A stretch of DNA of 64,000 nt from an uncultured delta proteobacterium (GCA_963736855.1 CAVTQK010000021.1:640001-704000); one strand, 5' to 3'; positions 1 to 10,799 are shown, numbered from the stretch's first letter. Notes: generated by a model from the letters alone, not told the origin. Translations and numbers: made by a program.

Positions 1-766
1 CGACAATCAGGGTGGACCGGCATTCACAGGCTGCTTTTTCGATCTCTTCGACAGGTTTTCCGGCATAAACATGCGGAACGGCAGAGATGCCGTCTTTTTC
101 AAATTGCTCACAGACTTCTTCCAATCGGCTGCGGGATTCCTTGCGCGCTTTTTGGACGGTCATACCCGATAAGCTCTTGAGGCTTTTTTCTTCGATCACA
201 TGCATGACGTGGATTTCGGAAATGATTCCCTTGAGTGCTTTGAGATAAAGCATCAATCGCTGGCTTGCCGGCGACCAATCTATAGCCAAGAGGGGGCGCT
301 CAAACGGCCGTTCTGCTTGTTGAGGGTCCTGGTGGAGGTATTTATAAACCAGCACCGGCGTTTTTGACCTGCGGATGATTTCCACGACATCGGATCCCGA
401 ATAGATCTGTTCCAGCATCCCCTGCCGGGGTCTGCCAATGACGATCAAATCCACTTTTTCCTTTTCGCAAGTGGTGATAACCTGATTGACCAGGTTTCCT
501 ACTGTGATATAGGCGCCAACTTCCAAACCAATCTCGAAAAGATGTTCGGCCCAATCGATGAACCGAATATTGGCCATTTCTCTGAGCTTGACCTCTTCGT
601 CCTTTCGGTAGCCTGTTCCACGGTGCAAGGCGACCTTTTCCCGCTCAATGACATTGAGGAGAACGATGTGAGCCAGTCCTGCCTGCCTGAGATCCAGCAA
701 AGATTGCAGGGCATCGAACCATAGCTGCTCAAATTTGGTGACAAATAGAAGTTTTTTGATATTCAT
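1..766 (-). CDS. Universal stress protein, two USP domains; 3' end runs off the window
   Basis: Not in the ORF track; translated by hand from ATG at 766 (GGAG RBS upstream): MNIKKLLFVTKFEQLWFDALQSLL...EKVDLIVIGRPRQGMLEQIYSGSDVVEIIRRSKTPVLV...ERPLLAIDWSPAS. Open to base 1. Paralogue of 6155..7042. Confidence 0.88.
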   Translation of the reverse strand, partial: MNIKKLLFVTKFEQLWFDALQSLLDLRQAGLAHIVLLNVIEREKVALHRGTGYRKDEEVKLREMANIRFIDWAEHLFEIGLEVGAYITVGNLVNQVITTCEKEKVDLIVIGRPRQGMLEQIYSGSDVVEIIRRSKTPVLVYKYLHQDPQQAERPFERPLLAIDWSPASQRLMLYLKALKGIISEIHVMHVIEEKSLKSLSGMTVQKARKESRSRLEEVCEQFEKDGISAVPHVYAGKPVEEIEKAACECRSTLIV

Positions 767-927
767 ATCACACTCCTCAGCACTTCGGGCAAACACATTT
801 TTGTAATAAAATTTAAACGTTATGGCATTCTACCGTTCAATTCAGGAACTCATGTCCAATATCTGCATTCTGAACGCCTTTGAATAGTTGTATATCTGCT
901 TAGCCGTCACCTTACCGCATAGCAATT

Positions 928-1320
928 TCAACCGATCAGCTTCCGAACCGCCTGCGCAAGTTCTTCGGCTTCAACCGGCTTTTCGAGATACACCTCAGGC
1001 TCCGGAACTTGTTCTCCTCCAAATTCGGTTAAGGCTTTCTGGGACTTCAGGAAAGATTTTTTGGCAATTCCTGAAAGAATGATGACGCGTGTCTTTTCTA
1101 TGGTCTTGTCCGTCTTAAGCTCCCGGTAGAGACGGATTCCACTTTGTTTGGGCATCAGTACATCCAAGATCACCAGTTCCGGCTTTTCTTCCCTGATCTT
1201 TTTCAGCCCTTCTTCCCCGTTTTGCGCGGTGATCGCCGTATATCCGTTTTCCTCAAGAATGGAGACAGTAAATGTTATAATATCCGGGTCATCATCTACT
1301 ACCAAAATCTTTTTGCTCAT
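928..1320 (-). CDS. Single-domain response regulator (receiver)
   Basis: KKILVVDDD, LVILDVLMP (phospho-Asp), IILS, EKP motifs; GAGG RBS. Confidence 0.93.
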   Translation of the reverse strand: MSKKILVVDDDPDIITFTVSILEENGYTAITAQNGEEGLKKIREEKPELVILDVLMPKQSGIRLYRELKTDKTIEKTRVIILSGIAKKSFLKSQKALTEFGGEQVPEPEVYLEKPVEAEELAQAVRKLIG

Positions 1321-1497
1321 GTCGGTTCCTCTTGAAGTAATTGAAATCTTTCACCCTTAAAAACACAATTTCACCAGAAGAAAAAAATCGCTTCAAACCT
1401 GAATCGTTGCGGTAAGGAATTGCTTGATTCTCACCTTAAGAAAAACCCTCCTCTTACTCCAAAGAAACATGATGGATGCTCTGTTCAGAATTCTGAA

Positions 1498-3018
1498 CTA
1501 GACAGGTTTGTCCTTGAAAGGGATCCTTAGAGTAAAAATCGTCCCTTCGCCCAATTCGGAAGAGAAAGAAATGCTCCCGCCATGTTCTCTTACAAGCTTA
1601 CTCGTAACCAAAAGTCCCAGGCCCGTCCCTTTCGGACCTTTGGTACTGAAAAACGAGGAGAACGATTTTTGTTGGACTTCATCGTCCATCCCACAACCGT
1701 TATCTTCGACTTCGAATCTAATCCAATTGCCCGCTTCCCGTTTTGACGCAAGCCTGACCCTAAATGATTTTTCGGTATTTTCATCAAATAAACAGGCATC
1801 GATGGCATTGGTCATCAAATTCAGCAGGCAGCGGTGAAGAATCCGCTGGTCCATGAAAACATCGCCGATGGATGGATCGAATTCCTTGAGTATGGCAATG
1901 CTATTTTCGTCGGCAAGATCTTTGAGAAGTTCACAGACGTCATCGGCAATCTTATTGGGTGCGCATTTTGCGTATTCGGGTTCTCTTTCTTTGGAATAGG
2001 TGAGGAGATCCAAAACCAGGTCAGAGGTTCGCCCGATGTTTCTTTCGATCATCTTCCAACCATTTTTTAACTTCTCTGAGTCATTTTTGTCAAGACCGAG
2101 ATCGACGAGATAGCTTCCACCCTTAAAACCATGTAAAATATTCTTGATGCAGTGGGCCATTCCCGCCACTGTCTGTCCGATGGCCGCCAATCTTTCAGAT
2201 TGGACTAGTTCCCTTTCCAGACGTTTGATCTCCCTTAAATCGTGGAAGAATGCGACACTTCCCATCACCTTTCTTTTCTCCCTCAAGATCTTCCATGAAA
2301 AGCGAACCGGGATGATTTCCCCATCTTTGGAGTGCAGAATCGTTTCGGTCCATGGCAACTTATCTTTAATCTGCGCATCTCCGTTGTCGCAGTACAGAAG
2401 CTGTTTGATCTCCGAAGAAAAGAGATCTCGAATGTCCTTCTGCCGGATGACCTCCGAACGAGTATAACCGAAGATCTGTTCGGCCGAAGGATTAAAGATG
2501 ACAATTTTCCGGTCATTGTCGGCGGCAACAATACCGTCGTTGGAGCTGATGATAAGTTTTTCCTGGAAATTCGATTTGCGTTTGACTTCCTCCGTGGCAA
2601 TCAATACCATGTTTTCAAGATCATATGTGTACGCCCTGAGTTGCTTCCGAATGGTCATTTTTTCCTTGGCCCGCCTCAGGGCCACGGAAAGCGCTTCATC
2701 TTTGACCGGTTTGTTTATGAAGTCCGAAGCCCCGTGTTGGAGGGCATCAATGGCGGAGTCGATGTCTCCGTGACCTGTGATGATGATCACCTCCGTGTCC
2801 GGATTCATCGCCTTGATTTTCTTTAAGAGGGTCAGGCCATCGATGCCCGGCATTTTTATGTCCGTGAGGACGATATCCGGCATGATCGACTGATATTTCT
2901 CAAATCCCTCTTCACCGCTCAATGCTCCGATCACATCATAGCCGTCGAGCTTCAGGGACATGCTCAATACCCGGACATTGGCTTCTTCATCATCGACGAC
3001 CAATATCTTTTCCATCAC
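1498..3018 (-). CDS. Hybrid receiver-PAS-histidine kinase
   Basis: N-terminal receiver (ILVVDDE, LTDIKMP, NKP), PAS (FNPSAEQIFGY), H-box AGMAHCIKN, N-box NLMTNAIDA, DNGCG and GTGLGL G-boxes. Confidence 0.95.
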   Translation of the reverse strand: MMEKILVVDDEEANVRVLSMSLKLDGYDVIGALSGEEGFEKYQSIMPDIVLTDIKMPGIDGLTLLKKIKAMNPDTEVIIITGHGDIDSAIDALQHGASDFINKPVKDEALSVALRRAKEKMTIRKQLRAYTYDLENMVLIATEEVKRKSNFQEKLIISSNDGIVAADNDRKIVIFNPSAEQIFGYTRSEVIRQKDIRDLFSSEIKQLLYCDNGDAQIKDKLPWTETILHSKDGEIIPVRFSWKILREKRKVMGSVAFFHDLREIKRLERELVQSERLAAIGQTVAGMAHCIKNILHGFKGGSYLVDLGLDKNDSEKLKNGWKMIERNIGRTSDLVLDLLTYSKEREPEYAKCAPNKIADDVCELLKDLADENSIAILKEFDPSIGDVFMDQRILHRCLLNLMTNAIDACLFDENTEKSFRVRLASKREAGNWIRFEVEDNGCGMDDEVQQKSFSSFFSTKGPKGTGLGLLVTSKLVREHGGSISFSSELGEGTIFTLRIPFKDKPV

Positions 3019-3030
3019 GTGTTGCCACCT

Positions 3031-6000
3031 TCAGGATGCGACGGGGAACCGAAGCTCAAAGGTCGTTCCTTTACCCACTTCGCTGCGTACGCTGATCGTC
3101 CCATTGTAATCCTTCACGATGCCGTAGCTGATGCTCACTCCCAAACCGGTCCCCTTTCCTACCGCTTTTGTTGTAAAAAAGGGTTCGAAAATTTTGTCCA
3201 TGACCTCACGGGTCATACCCGTCCCCGTATCGCATACGGTCGCAACGACCGTATCCTTTTCGGTATATGAGCGGATGCACAACTTCTTTTGGATAGCTGC
3301 AGGGCTCACCCTTCTTTCTTGTTCATCCATCGCATCTAAGGCATTGGTCACCAAATTAATGAATACCTGTTCCAGACGGTTGCTCTCAGCCAAAATATCC
3401 GGCAAATGTGGAGCTAAGTCCAAAACAAGTTCCACGTGATGCATCTTGAGCTGATGTCCCATAACTTCAAAGACATCTCGGATCGGATCATTGATATTCA
3501 CCCGACTTTGAACACCTTCGGACATGCGGGAAAAATCCCTCATGTGTTTGATGATTCCCGAAGCCCGCTGAACATTTTGGCTGATATCGTCAGCTATGGA
3601 TCGGAGATCCTCGGCTTTCAAAGAAACCCCCTTGTTAAATGTTTTTAACAGGGTGTCCGCACACACTTGAAGGACATTTAAGGGTTGATTAATTTCATGG
3701 GCCATTCCGGCGGCCATAAACCCCAATGTCGTCATTTTACCGGCCTGAATGAGCTGCGCTTCCTTTTCCACGCTTTCCGATATATCGGCTGTTGAGGCGA
3801 TGAGCACATCCTTTTGGTTGTAATTCGATCGGCTGACGTGAATATTAACGAAAAACGGTGCTCCGCCTTTACGAAAATGCCGCTTTTTAGAAAGAAGGAC
3901 GGGGTTGCTATTTGAAATGGTCCTCAGCCCCCTGATGATTTCTTCGTCATCTTTTTCTCCGACATCTAAAAAAGACATCCCGAGAATTTCTTCCCGGTCG
4001 TATCCATAGCAATCCTGCGCGCGATCGTTCAAATCGAGAATTTCGAAATTGTCGCTATCGAGGATAAAAATGGGATTCGGATCATTATTGAAGAGGGAAC
4101 GGTACTTCTTTTCCGATTTTCGGTACTGTTCATAGAGTTGATAATTTTCCAAAGCCGCGCCGATGCGATTTCCGATCAGGCTCAGGATATTTTTTTGTTC
4201 GGTGGTGAAATTCTGTGAGGCTTTACTGCCGATCTGGATGACACCAAAAACCTGCCCATTTTTGTTGCTCAGGGGAATCAATGCAAGAGATTGGATTCCC
4301 GCGTTCAAGAAGCGCTGCATGCCCTTATATTTTTCGAAAATGATATTCTCGTAAATGACCACATGACTTTGCTTTATGGCCTGATATAAAAGCTCGGACA
4401 GATCCTGCCCATTCTCCTTCCCGTAAAAGATAGCTTCTTTCCCATAAAAATATTTCAAGACGAACCGACTGCCGGTTTCCTTGAGAAAAATACAGAAGCT
4501 GTCCACGGCAAGGTAGTTGAAAATCTCCGTCACCGTCTCCTTCAAGCTTTCTTCGAGTTTCAGCGAAGACCCTAAAGCGGTAGAAATGGCGGCAAGCGCC
4601 GCAAGCTGGCGATTATGCCGTTCACGATCTTCTTCGGCCTTTTTATCTTCGGTTTTATCCCACAGAGTCTCGATTGCACCGATGATCGTACCGTCCGGAG
4701 CTTTGATGGGGGCGGCCGTGAAATAACACCACTTGCCTCCATTTCCCAATTTCGGAAAAAATGCTTCCGCCTCGTAGGCATCTTGGATTAAAGCGGATTT
4801 CCGCCATTGAGTCCCATAAAGTTTCCGGATCTCTTCTTCGGAAATCTGATCTAATATGACATCCGCCATGGATGGCCTTTCCTGTTCCCAGAATGGCTCC
4901 CACTGACGATTGGTACCGATCATGGCTTCCGCTGGAAACCCGGAAAGCTTTCCCATGGCATGATTCCAATGGGTCACCCGGTGATCCCGATTAATGACAA
5001 AGGTTGGGATCGTACTTCCCTGGATGATTTGGGTCATGATCCGTTCACTCTCTAAGAGCTTTTCGGTTCGCAGGTCCAGCTCTTTTGTGTAGTGCTCTAG
5101 CTGCCTTTGGGCTCGCCTTTCCTCGGTTTTATCCCACAGAGCTTCAATGGCCCCAATGATGCTGCCGTCTGAATCCCGTATAGGGGCGGCCGTGAAAAAG
5201 AGCCACTTTCCTTCGTCTCCCAGATGATGAAAATACCCTTCGGTTTCAAAGGCCCCCTCGATGAGGGCCGATTTTCGCCATAGGGTGCTGTAATATTTGA
5301 AGACGTCCTCCTCTCTGATTTCATCAACGATCAAATCGGCCATGGTGTGGCGCTTCATGGATCGAAACGGCTTCCAGTGATCACTTGTTCCGACCATTCT
5401 CTTTGCAAGGTATCCGGTCAACTTCTCGCAGGCCCGGTTCCACTGGGTCACAACATGGTCTTTGTTGATCACAAAGGTCGGTACGGTGCTTGCCTCAACG
5501 ATCTGGCCCATCGCCTTTTCACCGGCTCTCAATGCGTGACAGACACGCCTCGATTCTACATGCCTTTCCCTGGCCACAGTGGATTCGGCATCGAGAAATT
5601 CCCAGAACATCCCGGCGATCGCTTCTGGATCCTTTTTTTTCAACCCCCGCCAATGCTGAATCTGAAGCCTCCTTTCCTCAATTCTCAAAAGGTCCAGGAT
5701 CAGCTGGGCTTCCAATCGATCGAGTAGCTTGAGCCCTGACGGCAGGATCTCCTCCAATGCCTTGAATGCCGACTCATCCCCTCTGAGATCCAAAAGAAGA
5801 TCCATTTCTTTAATCATTAATAGGTCTGAGGAATTTTTTACGATAAAAATATTTTTTTCTTTTGCGAAACGAATGCCTTCCCCATCATCATCCGGATCCG
5901 CCACTCCTACAATTTCCGGGCGGATGGAGTCCAGCGATAGTCTAAAGAGGATTTCTAGAAAGGACCGGCAAAGCCTTTTTCCACCGATGATTCCGATCCG

Positions 6001-6132
6001 AGAGCCGGGGAGCAAGGATCGAATCCGCATCATCGGATTTGTTGTGTCCGACATCGCTAATGGCTCTTGGGAAGGACCTGATAACTCGTCTTGAACCGGC
6101 TCCGGAAAAATTCCGTTTTGCGATTTTTTCAT
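3031..6132 (-). CDS. Soluble multi-PAS/GAF sensor histidine kinase with N-terminal Rossmann-like domain
   Basis: Two duplicated PAS domains, GAF, PAS, H-box AGMAHEINQPL, NLVTNALDA, DTGTG, GTGLG. The track start at 6255 overlaps the USP gene, so ATG at 6132 or 6054 is more likely. Confidence 0.92.
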   Translation of the reverse strand: MKKSQNGIFPEPVQDELSGPSQEPLAMSDTTNPMMRIRSLLPGSRIGIIGGKRLCRSFLEILFRLSLDSIRPEIVGVADPDDDGEGIRFAKEKNIFIVKNSSDLLMIKEMDLLLDLRGDESAFKALEEILPSGLKLLDRLEAQLILDLLRIEERRLQIQHWRGLKKKDPEAIAGMFWEFLDAESTVARERHVESRRVCHALRAGEKAMGQIVEASTVPTFVINKDHVVTQWNRACEKLTGYLAKRMVGTSDHWKPFRSMKRHTMADLIVDEIREEDVFKYYSTLWRKSALIEGAFETEGYFHHLGDEGKWLFFTAAPIRDSDGSIIGAIEALWDKTEERRAQRQLEHYTKELDLRTEKLLESERIMTQIIQGSTIPTFVINRDHRVTHWNHAMGKLSGFPAEAMIGTNRQWEPFWEQERPSMADVILDQISEEEIRKLYGTQWRKSALIQDAYEAEAFFPKLGNGGKWCYFTAAPIKAPDGTIIGAIETLWDKTEDKKAEEDRERHNRQLAALAAISTALGSSLKLEESLKETVTEIFNYLAVDSFCIFLKETGSRFVLKYFYGKEAIFYGKENGQDLSELLYQAIKQSHVVIYENIIFEKYKGMQRFLNAGIQSLALIPLSNKNGQVFGVIQIGSKASQNFTTEQKNILSLIGNRIGAALENYQLYEQYRKSEKKYRSLFNNDPNPIFILDSDNFEILDLNDRAQDCYGYDREEILGMSFLDVGEKDDEEIIRGLRTISNSNPVLLSKKRHFRKGGAPFFVNIHVSRSNYNQKDVLIASTADISESVEKEAQLIQAGKMTTLGFMAAGMAHEINQPLNVLQVCADTLLKTFNKGVSLKAEDLRSIADDISQNVQRASGIIKHMRDFSRMSEGVQSRVNINDPIRDVFEVMGHQLKMHHVELVLDLAPHLPDILAESNRLEQVFINLVTNALDAMDEQERRVSPAAIQKKLCIRSYTEKDTVVATVCDTGTGMTREVMDKIFEPFFTTKAVGKGTGLGVSISYGIVKDYNGTISVRSEVGKGTTFELRFPVAS

Positions 6133-6154
6133 CCTTAAATGTTCCGGTAATATT

Positions 6155-7042
6155 TCATGGTACCAAAAACACCGGCAATTCGGAAAGCTCGGCCACACGG
6201 TGGGAAACGCCTCCCAACCAGTATTGTTCCATCCAGTCCTTTCCCGTTTTGCCAATAATGATCAGGGTTGCTTCAGTCTCCCTCGAAATCCGAAGAATCT
6301 CAGGAACCGATTTGCCGATGGAAATGCGAATTTCCACCGGTATTGACTCGGCCTGCAACCGCCCGGAATAAGCATCGAGTCGACGCCGGCTTTCCTTCTC
6401 AATCTCTGCAACACGTGACGGATCAAGCCCTTTGATCAGCTTAGAATCCATGATGTGGGCGACGACGGCGCTCTTGACCAATCCCTTCAGAGCGGTGATG
6501 GCTGAAAGACCTCGCTCTGAAGGGGCAGACCAGTCTGTTGCAAGCAAGGGACGCTCGAAAATCCGGTTGTTCTTCCGGCATAGGACTCCTTCGCCGGATT
6601 CAAACTGCACCATATATTTTCCCATCAGAACCGGCACTTGGCTTCGACGAAGAATATCCAGGATGTGTGATCCGATATAAATTTTTTCAAAGGTCGTCCG
6701 CTTTTTTGCACCCGTCACGATAAGATCCACTTTTTCTTCTTCTGCGATTTTTAAAATGGAAGGGTTTAAGATGCCGGTTTTAATACGAATGGTGCTTCGG
6801 ATTCCGGCTGCGTGAATGGTTTTTTGCCAATCCTTAAAACGGCTCTTGGCCTCCAACTGAATCCGTTTTTCCACATCCTTTAAATACCCGCCGTAAGGGA
6901 CGAATCCGACATCTTCCCTGGGGATGATATAGACAAGGACCACTTCCTTCAGGCCGGCTCTTTTCAGGTGCAACAAGGCGTTCAGGGAATTAAATGCGTA
7001 TGCCCTGAACTGGGTGTGGAAAAGAATCTTCTCGAATTTCAT
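6155..7042 (-). CDS. Universal stress protein, two USP domains
   Basis: VDLIVTGAKKRTTFEKIYIGS...VPVL and LIIIGKTG...LGGVSHRVAELSELPVFLVP; GGAG RBS. Confidence 0.93.
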   Translation of the reverse strand: MKFEKILFHTQFRAYAFNSLNALLHLKRAGLKEVVLVYIIPREDVGFVPYGGYLKDVEKRIQLEAKSRFKDWQKTIHAAGIRSTIRIKTGILNPSILKIAEEEKVDLIVTGAKKRTTFEKIYIGSHILDILRRSQVPVLMGKYMVQFESGEGVLCRKNNRIFERPLLATDWSAPSERGLSAITALKGLVKSAVVAHIMDSKLIKGLDPSRVAEIEKESRRRLDAYSGRLQAESIPVEIRISIGKSVPEILRISRETEATLIIIGKTGKDWMEQYWLGGVSHRVAELSELPVFLVP

Positions 7043-7051
7043 CTTCTCCTC

Positions 7052-8614
7052 CTATCTAAAAAAGACCACGGTGACAATCAGAAAGACAGGGATCAGAAAG
7101 ACCAGGCTGTATTTGAGAATATAGCCGAAAAAGGAGGGCATGGGAGTCCCGGCTTCTTCGGCAATGGAGCGTACCATGAAGTTGGGGGCGTTTCCGATGT
7201 AACTGACGGATCCGAAGAAAACGGATCCGGCGGAAATGGCAGCCAGATAAATACTTCTTTCAGTCATCAGCAAGGGAACCGCTTCAACTTCCGGCATACC
7301 GGTGTAAAAGCTGCCGATGGCGGTATTGAAGAACGTCAGATATGTCGGCGCATTATCCAAAAAACTGGAGAGTGCTCCGGACACCCAGAAATAATGATAC
7401 GGTTTCTGAACGGAATCGATCAAAGCCGCCAGAGCGCCCGTTGAACCCGCCTTCAGGATTGAGAGACAAGGGATCATGGTGATGAAAATCCCGATGAAAA
7501 GATAAGCGACTTCGATGATTGGAGCCCACGAAAAATCGTTGTCCTCCCGGACACGGATGGAAGTGGTCATCAGGGAAAGGACCCCCATGAGGATGAGAAG
7601 GCCATCCCTCACCCAATCCTGAACAGCCCGATGGATTCCAAGAGTGCTGATCTCCCCCCAGTCCACGATTCCACTAAACAAGACGGCGCCGATGATTCCC
7701 AGGAGGAAGAGGAAGTTGTGGTAACCTTCCAAACGGAGAGGTTCTTTCTCTTCAACAGAAACTGTGGCGGTTAAGTGCTCTTTTCGATAAAAATACATGT
7801 CCAGGATAAAATAGGCCGTCAGCAGCAATACAGACGCCAACAACATTTGCGGAAAGATCTTAAGGGTCCAGAAAAAACTGACGCCGTGGAGGAAACCCAA
7901 GAAAAGTGGCGGATCACCCAAAGGAGTCAGTGAACCCCCGACGTTGGCAACCAGGAAAATAAAAAAGACGACCATGAACGTCCGATTCTTTCGGTGTTTG
8001 TTGGCCTTGAGAAAGGGTCGGATCAGCAGCATGGCCGCCCCTGTCGTCCCCATCCAGGAGGCAAGCAAAGTCCCGATCGCGAGTATGACGGTATTGACCA
8101 CAGGTGTTCCCCGAAGGGATCCCCTGAGCAAGATTCCTCCGGAAACGGTAAACAGGGACCACAGCAGGATGATGAAAGGGATGTAATCGGCTAAAATGAT
8201 ATGCAAAATCTCGTGTAGCGCCACACCCTTGAAGGCAATCACAAAGGGAAGCCCTAGACATACCGCCCAGAAGGCGGAGACCTTCCCGAAATGGTGATGC
8301 CAGAATTCGGGCAACAGCAGCGGAAAGAGAGCGATAGAAAGAAGCATGCCGATAAAGGGGATGCAACTCCAGATGGGCAACACTTCACCCAAATTGACAT
8401 GACCGGATTGGGCATGTATCTTTTCATTTACTGGGGAATGATTGTCTTCCACCGCCTGCAGATGTGTCGCATCCCGTTGGGCAATCGGTGCCGTTTCCGA
8501 TGCCGTTGTCTCGTGTACCAACTCCATTTTCGACGCAGAAGCCGTGAAGGAGACCAGAAAAATATCCAAAAGGATCAACACGGCGGCAAGACATGACGCT
8601 CTCATCGGACCCAT
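7052..8614 (-). CDS. Putative Na+/H+ antiporter or ion transporter (IT superfamily, DUF1646-like)
   Basis: Many TM helices; GTTGAAMLLIRP, ANVGGSLTPLGDPPLFLGF, LSSFLDNAPTY and YIGNAPNFMV motifs. Confidence 0.85.
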   Translation of the reverse strand: MGPMRASCLAAVLILLDIFLVSFTASASKMELVHETTASETAPIAQRDATHLQAVEDNHSPVNEKIHAQSGHVNLGEVLPIWSCIPFIGMLLSIALFPLLLPEFWHHHFGKVSAFWAVCLGLPFVIAFKGVALHEILHIILADYIPFIILLWSLFTVSGGILLRGSLRGTPVVNTVILAIGTLLASWMGTTGAAMLLIRPFLKANKHRKNRTFMVVFFIFLVANVGGSLTPLGDPPLFLGFLHGVSFFWTLKIFPQMLLASVLLLTAYFILDMYFYRKEHLTATVSVEEKEPLRLEGYHNFLFLLGIIGAVLFSGIVDWGEISTLGIHRAVQDWVRDGLLILMGVLSLMTTSIRVREDNDFSWAPIIEVAYLFIGIFITMIPCLSILKAGSTGALAALIDSVQKPYHYFWVSGALSSFLDNAPTYLTFFNTAIGSFYTGMPEVEAVPLLMTERSIYLAAISAGSVFFGSVSYIGNAPNFMVRSIAEEAGTPMPSFFGYILKYSLVFLIPVFLIVTVVFFR

Positions 8615-8864
8615 CCTCCCTTTTCTCTATTCTGATGCATCCAATACCTATATTTGACTTAGATTCAGGAGATGCTATTTACCCTGCTATTGTAAAAGCA
8701 AATGCCTTGTTATCATTATTTTTTTCTATACCTTGTCATGTTTTTATGCAGCCGCCGTGTTTAATAAATGAGAAATGAGTGTCAACCTAAAAGAGCCGGG
8801 AGATAATGCCGGACGGCTCCTCGGGGACCGTCATTTAGACCGATTTGTAAAACGAGAATCGGAG

Positions 8865-9167
8865 CTATCGACCTATGGCATAAGGGGGGTCATCAATGTG
8901 CGTCGACCGACACAGTGGGCAATGGCCGGGTTTTCCAAAGTGCTTTCGATCCCTGAATAGAAATCCGCAATCCATGCATCGGAAGGGATAGGCAGTCAAT
9001 CGTTTCCCCTTGGACTTCATCGTTCTTGAAATATGGGAAAGATGGTCGGCCAAATCCCTATTGCTGATTCGGAGTTGCTTGGCAAGTTCCCGAAATCCTA
9101 CCGTTCCTTCTTCCAACAGCAAAATGATTTTTTGTCGGACCGTCACCGCTGAAAAGACCTTCTCCAT
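8865..9167 (-). CDS. HTH plus zinc-ribbon predicted transcriptional regulator (COG3357-like)
   Basis: TVRQKIILLL..RELAKQL..DHLSHI HTH followed by CMDCGF and CPLC. Confidence 0.8.
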   Translation of the reverse strand: MEKVFSAVTVRQKIILLLEEGTVGFRELAKQLRISNRDLADHLSHISRTMKSKGKRLTAYPFRCMDCGFLFRDRKHFGKPGHCPLCRSTHIDDPPYAIGR

Positions 9168-9222
9168 CCCATCGGATCGTCATGAAAATCAAATCTTACT
9201 CTATCAGGAATCGCGGAACTGC

Positions 9223-9459
9223 CTATTTCCGTTGAGAGGCTTCTTTCAACAACAGTTTGAATCCCTTCAGAGTCCCTTTCCAGCCTGCTTCTTCACCCAA
9301 CATCACCGCAACAATGACATCCTTTTCCACACTGATCTCCAAAACGATCTCTTCATTTTGAACTTTAAAAACCGCCTCGCCCCATCGCTGGGCAGGCAAT
9401 CCCGTCACCTCACAGTCTAAATCGGTCCGCAGTTCTCCGGTCATCCGGATATCGTCCAT
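9223..9459 (-). CDS. Hypothetical protein, 78 aa
   Basis: GGAGG RBS, protein-like composition, co-oriented with neighbours. Confidence 0.7.
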   Translation of the reverse strand: MDDIRMTGELRTDLDCEVTGLPAQRWGEAVFKVQNEEIVLEISVEKDVIVAVMLGEEAGWKGTLKGFKLLLKEASQRK

Positions 9460-9497
9460 TTTTTGCCTCCGCTATTGACACATTGGATTTGCCGGTT

Positions 9498-10424
9498 TCA
9501 GGGAACCATCCACACCACACGATCCACTGTATTCTTGATGATATGATTCGACACGCTCCCCATATAAAAAGATCGTCCTGTCCCTCGCCTCCCGATAACG
9601 ACTGTTCCGTAATCCTGTTCCTTGGCTGTATCCAGAATCGTTTTACCCACGGCCAATTTTCGATCCACTTCCATGTGTGTGATTCGTTTTTCATCCACAT
9701 GATGATCCTTTAGTCTGCGACGTACCTGCCCGTAAAAGCCCTCAAGACACATACGATTCCCCTTTTTCACTATTCGTTCCGTGGACTCCACGTCGTCACC
9801 GAAATCCACAACACAATAATCTCCCAGCGTCGGCCGAACATGAAAGAGGGTAATTCCTACGGAAGGGTTCCCGCCGACCATGAAAAGAACATGATCCAAC
9901 GCTTTCAACGCCGAAACCGAACCATCCACCGCTACCATGAATCGGGTATTGAAAGATTTCCCGGAAACGATCCAAACGGGGATGGGAGAATGTTCCACAA
10001 GCTTGGAGGAAACGCTTCCCATCACCCACTTCTGCAATCCCGAAATGCCTCTCCTCCCCATAATGATGGCATCATATTGGCCTGCCAATCCCTTGTCGAT
10101 GATGTCTTTAGCCAACCCGGTTATCTTTTGGGACGTATAAGTTTCAACCCTCTCGATGGGGAAATCCGAATGTGCCAACACATCCTTACACCGATCAAGG
10201 ACCCTGACAGCCTCCTGTTGATTTTTCTCGATTACCTTTTCAAGGGCCTTTTTCGCTTTCAGGTTTTTCCTTGCCTCCTCCGCCAAGAAGTCCGAAACCG
10301 TTGGCTGGACATGATAAAGTGTTATTGACAGATCCGGTATTACCTCGAACATGGTCCTCAGATATGAAAGACACGTCCGGGTATGCATCGAATCATCTAC
10401 AGCCACTAAAACTTTGTGTTCCAT
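9498..10424 (-). CDS. Universal stress protein, two USP domains
   Basis: KVLVAVDDS, IIMGRRGISGLQKWVMGSVS, MVAVDGS, VVIGRRG..MGSVS; start moved to ATG 10424 (AAGG RBS). Confidence 0.92.
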   Translation of the reverse strand: MEHKVLVAVDDSMHTRTCLSYLRTMFEVIPDLSITLYHVQPTVSDFLAEEARKNLKAKKALEKVIEKNQQEAVRVLDRCKDVLAHSDFPIERVETYTSQKITGLAKDIIDKGLAGQYDAIIMGRRGISGLQKWVMGSVSSKLVEHSPIPVWIVSGKSFNTRFMVAVDGSVSALKALDHVLFMVGGNPSVGITLFHVRPTLGDYCVVDFGDDVESTERIVKKGNRMCLEGFYGQVRRRLKDHHVDEKRITHMEVDRKLAVGKTILDTAKEQDYGTVVIGRRGTGRSFYMGSVSNHIIKNTVDRVVWMVP

Positions 10425-10799
10425 TTTCGAATTCCTTTCACATTTTTCCGACATCCTTGTGATGGTCCCTACCCCCAATCAATGGTAACCTAAATTGATC
10501 GTTTTCAATTTGGCAAAAAAGAATTGTGTTTGAATATCCTTTTGTTGGAACGGAGTTGACCCTTCCAATTGCCTACCTATCGGCTGTACCATAAAAGGCA
10601 TGCAGTGAAATGATTTGCCAAATTGAAAACCCCTTGGGATTTCCGATTTCACCGCATCTGCTGCGTTGCCGAAAGCTCGACGTACGAATTGTACGCCTTC
10701 GCTTCCGGACGCCTTGCATCTGCGGCAAATTCGAAAATCGCTCAATTTAAGTGTTACTCGTCTTTGGAACTGAATTCCGGCCTCAAAGTCCAGCTCTCA

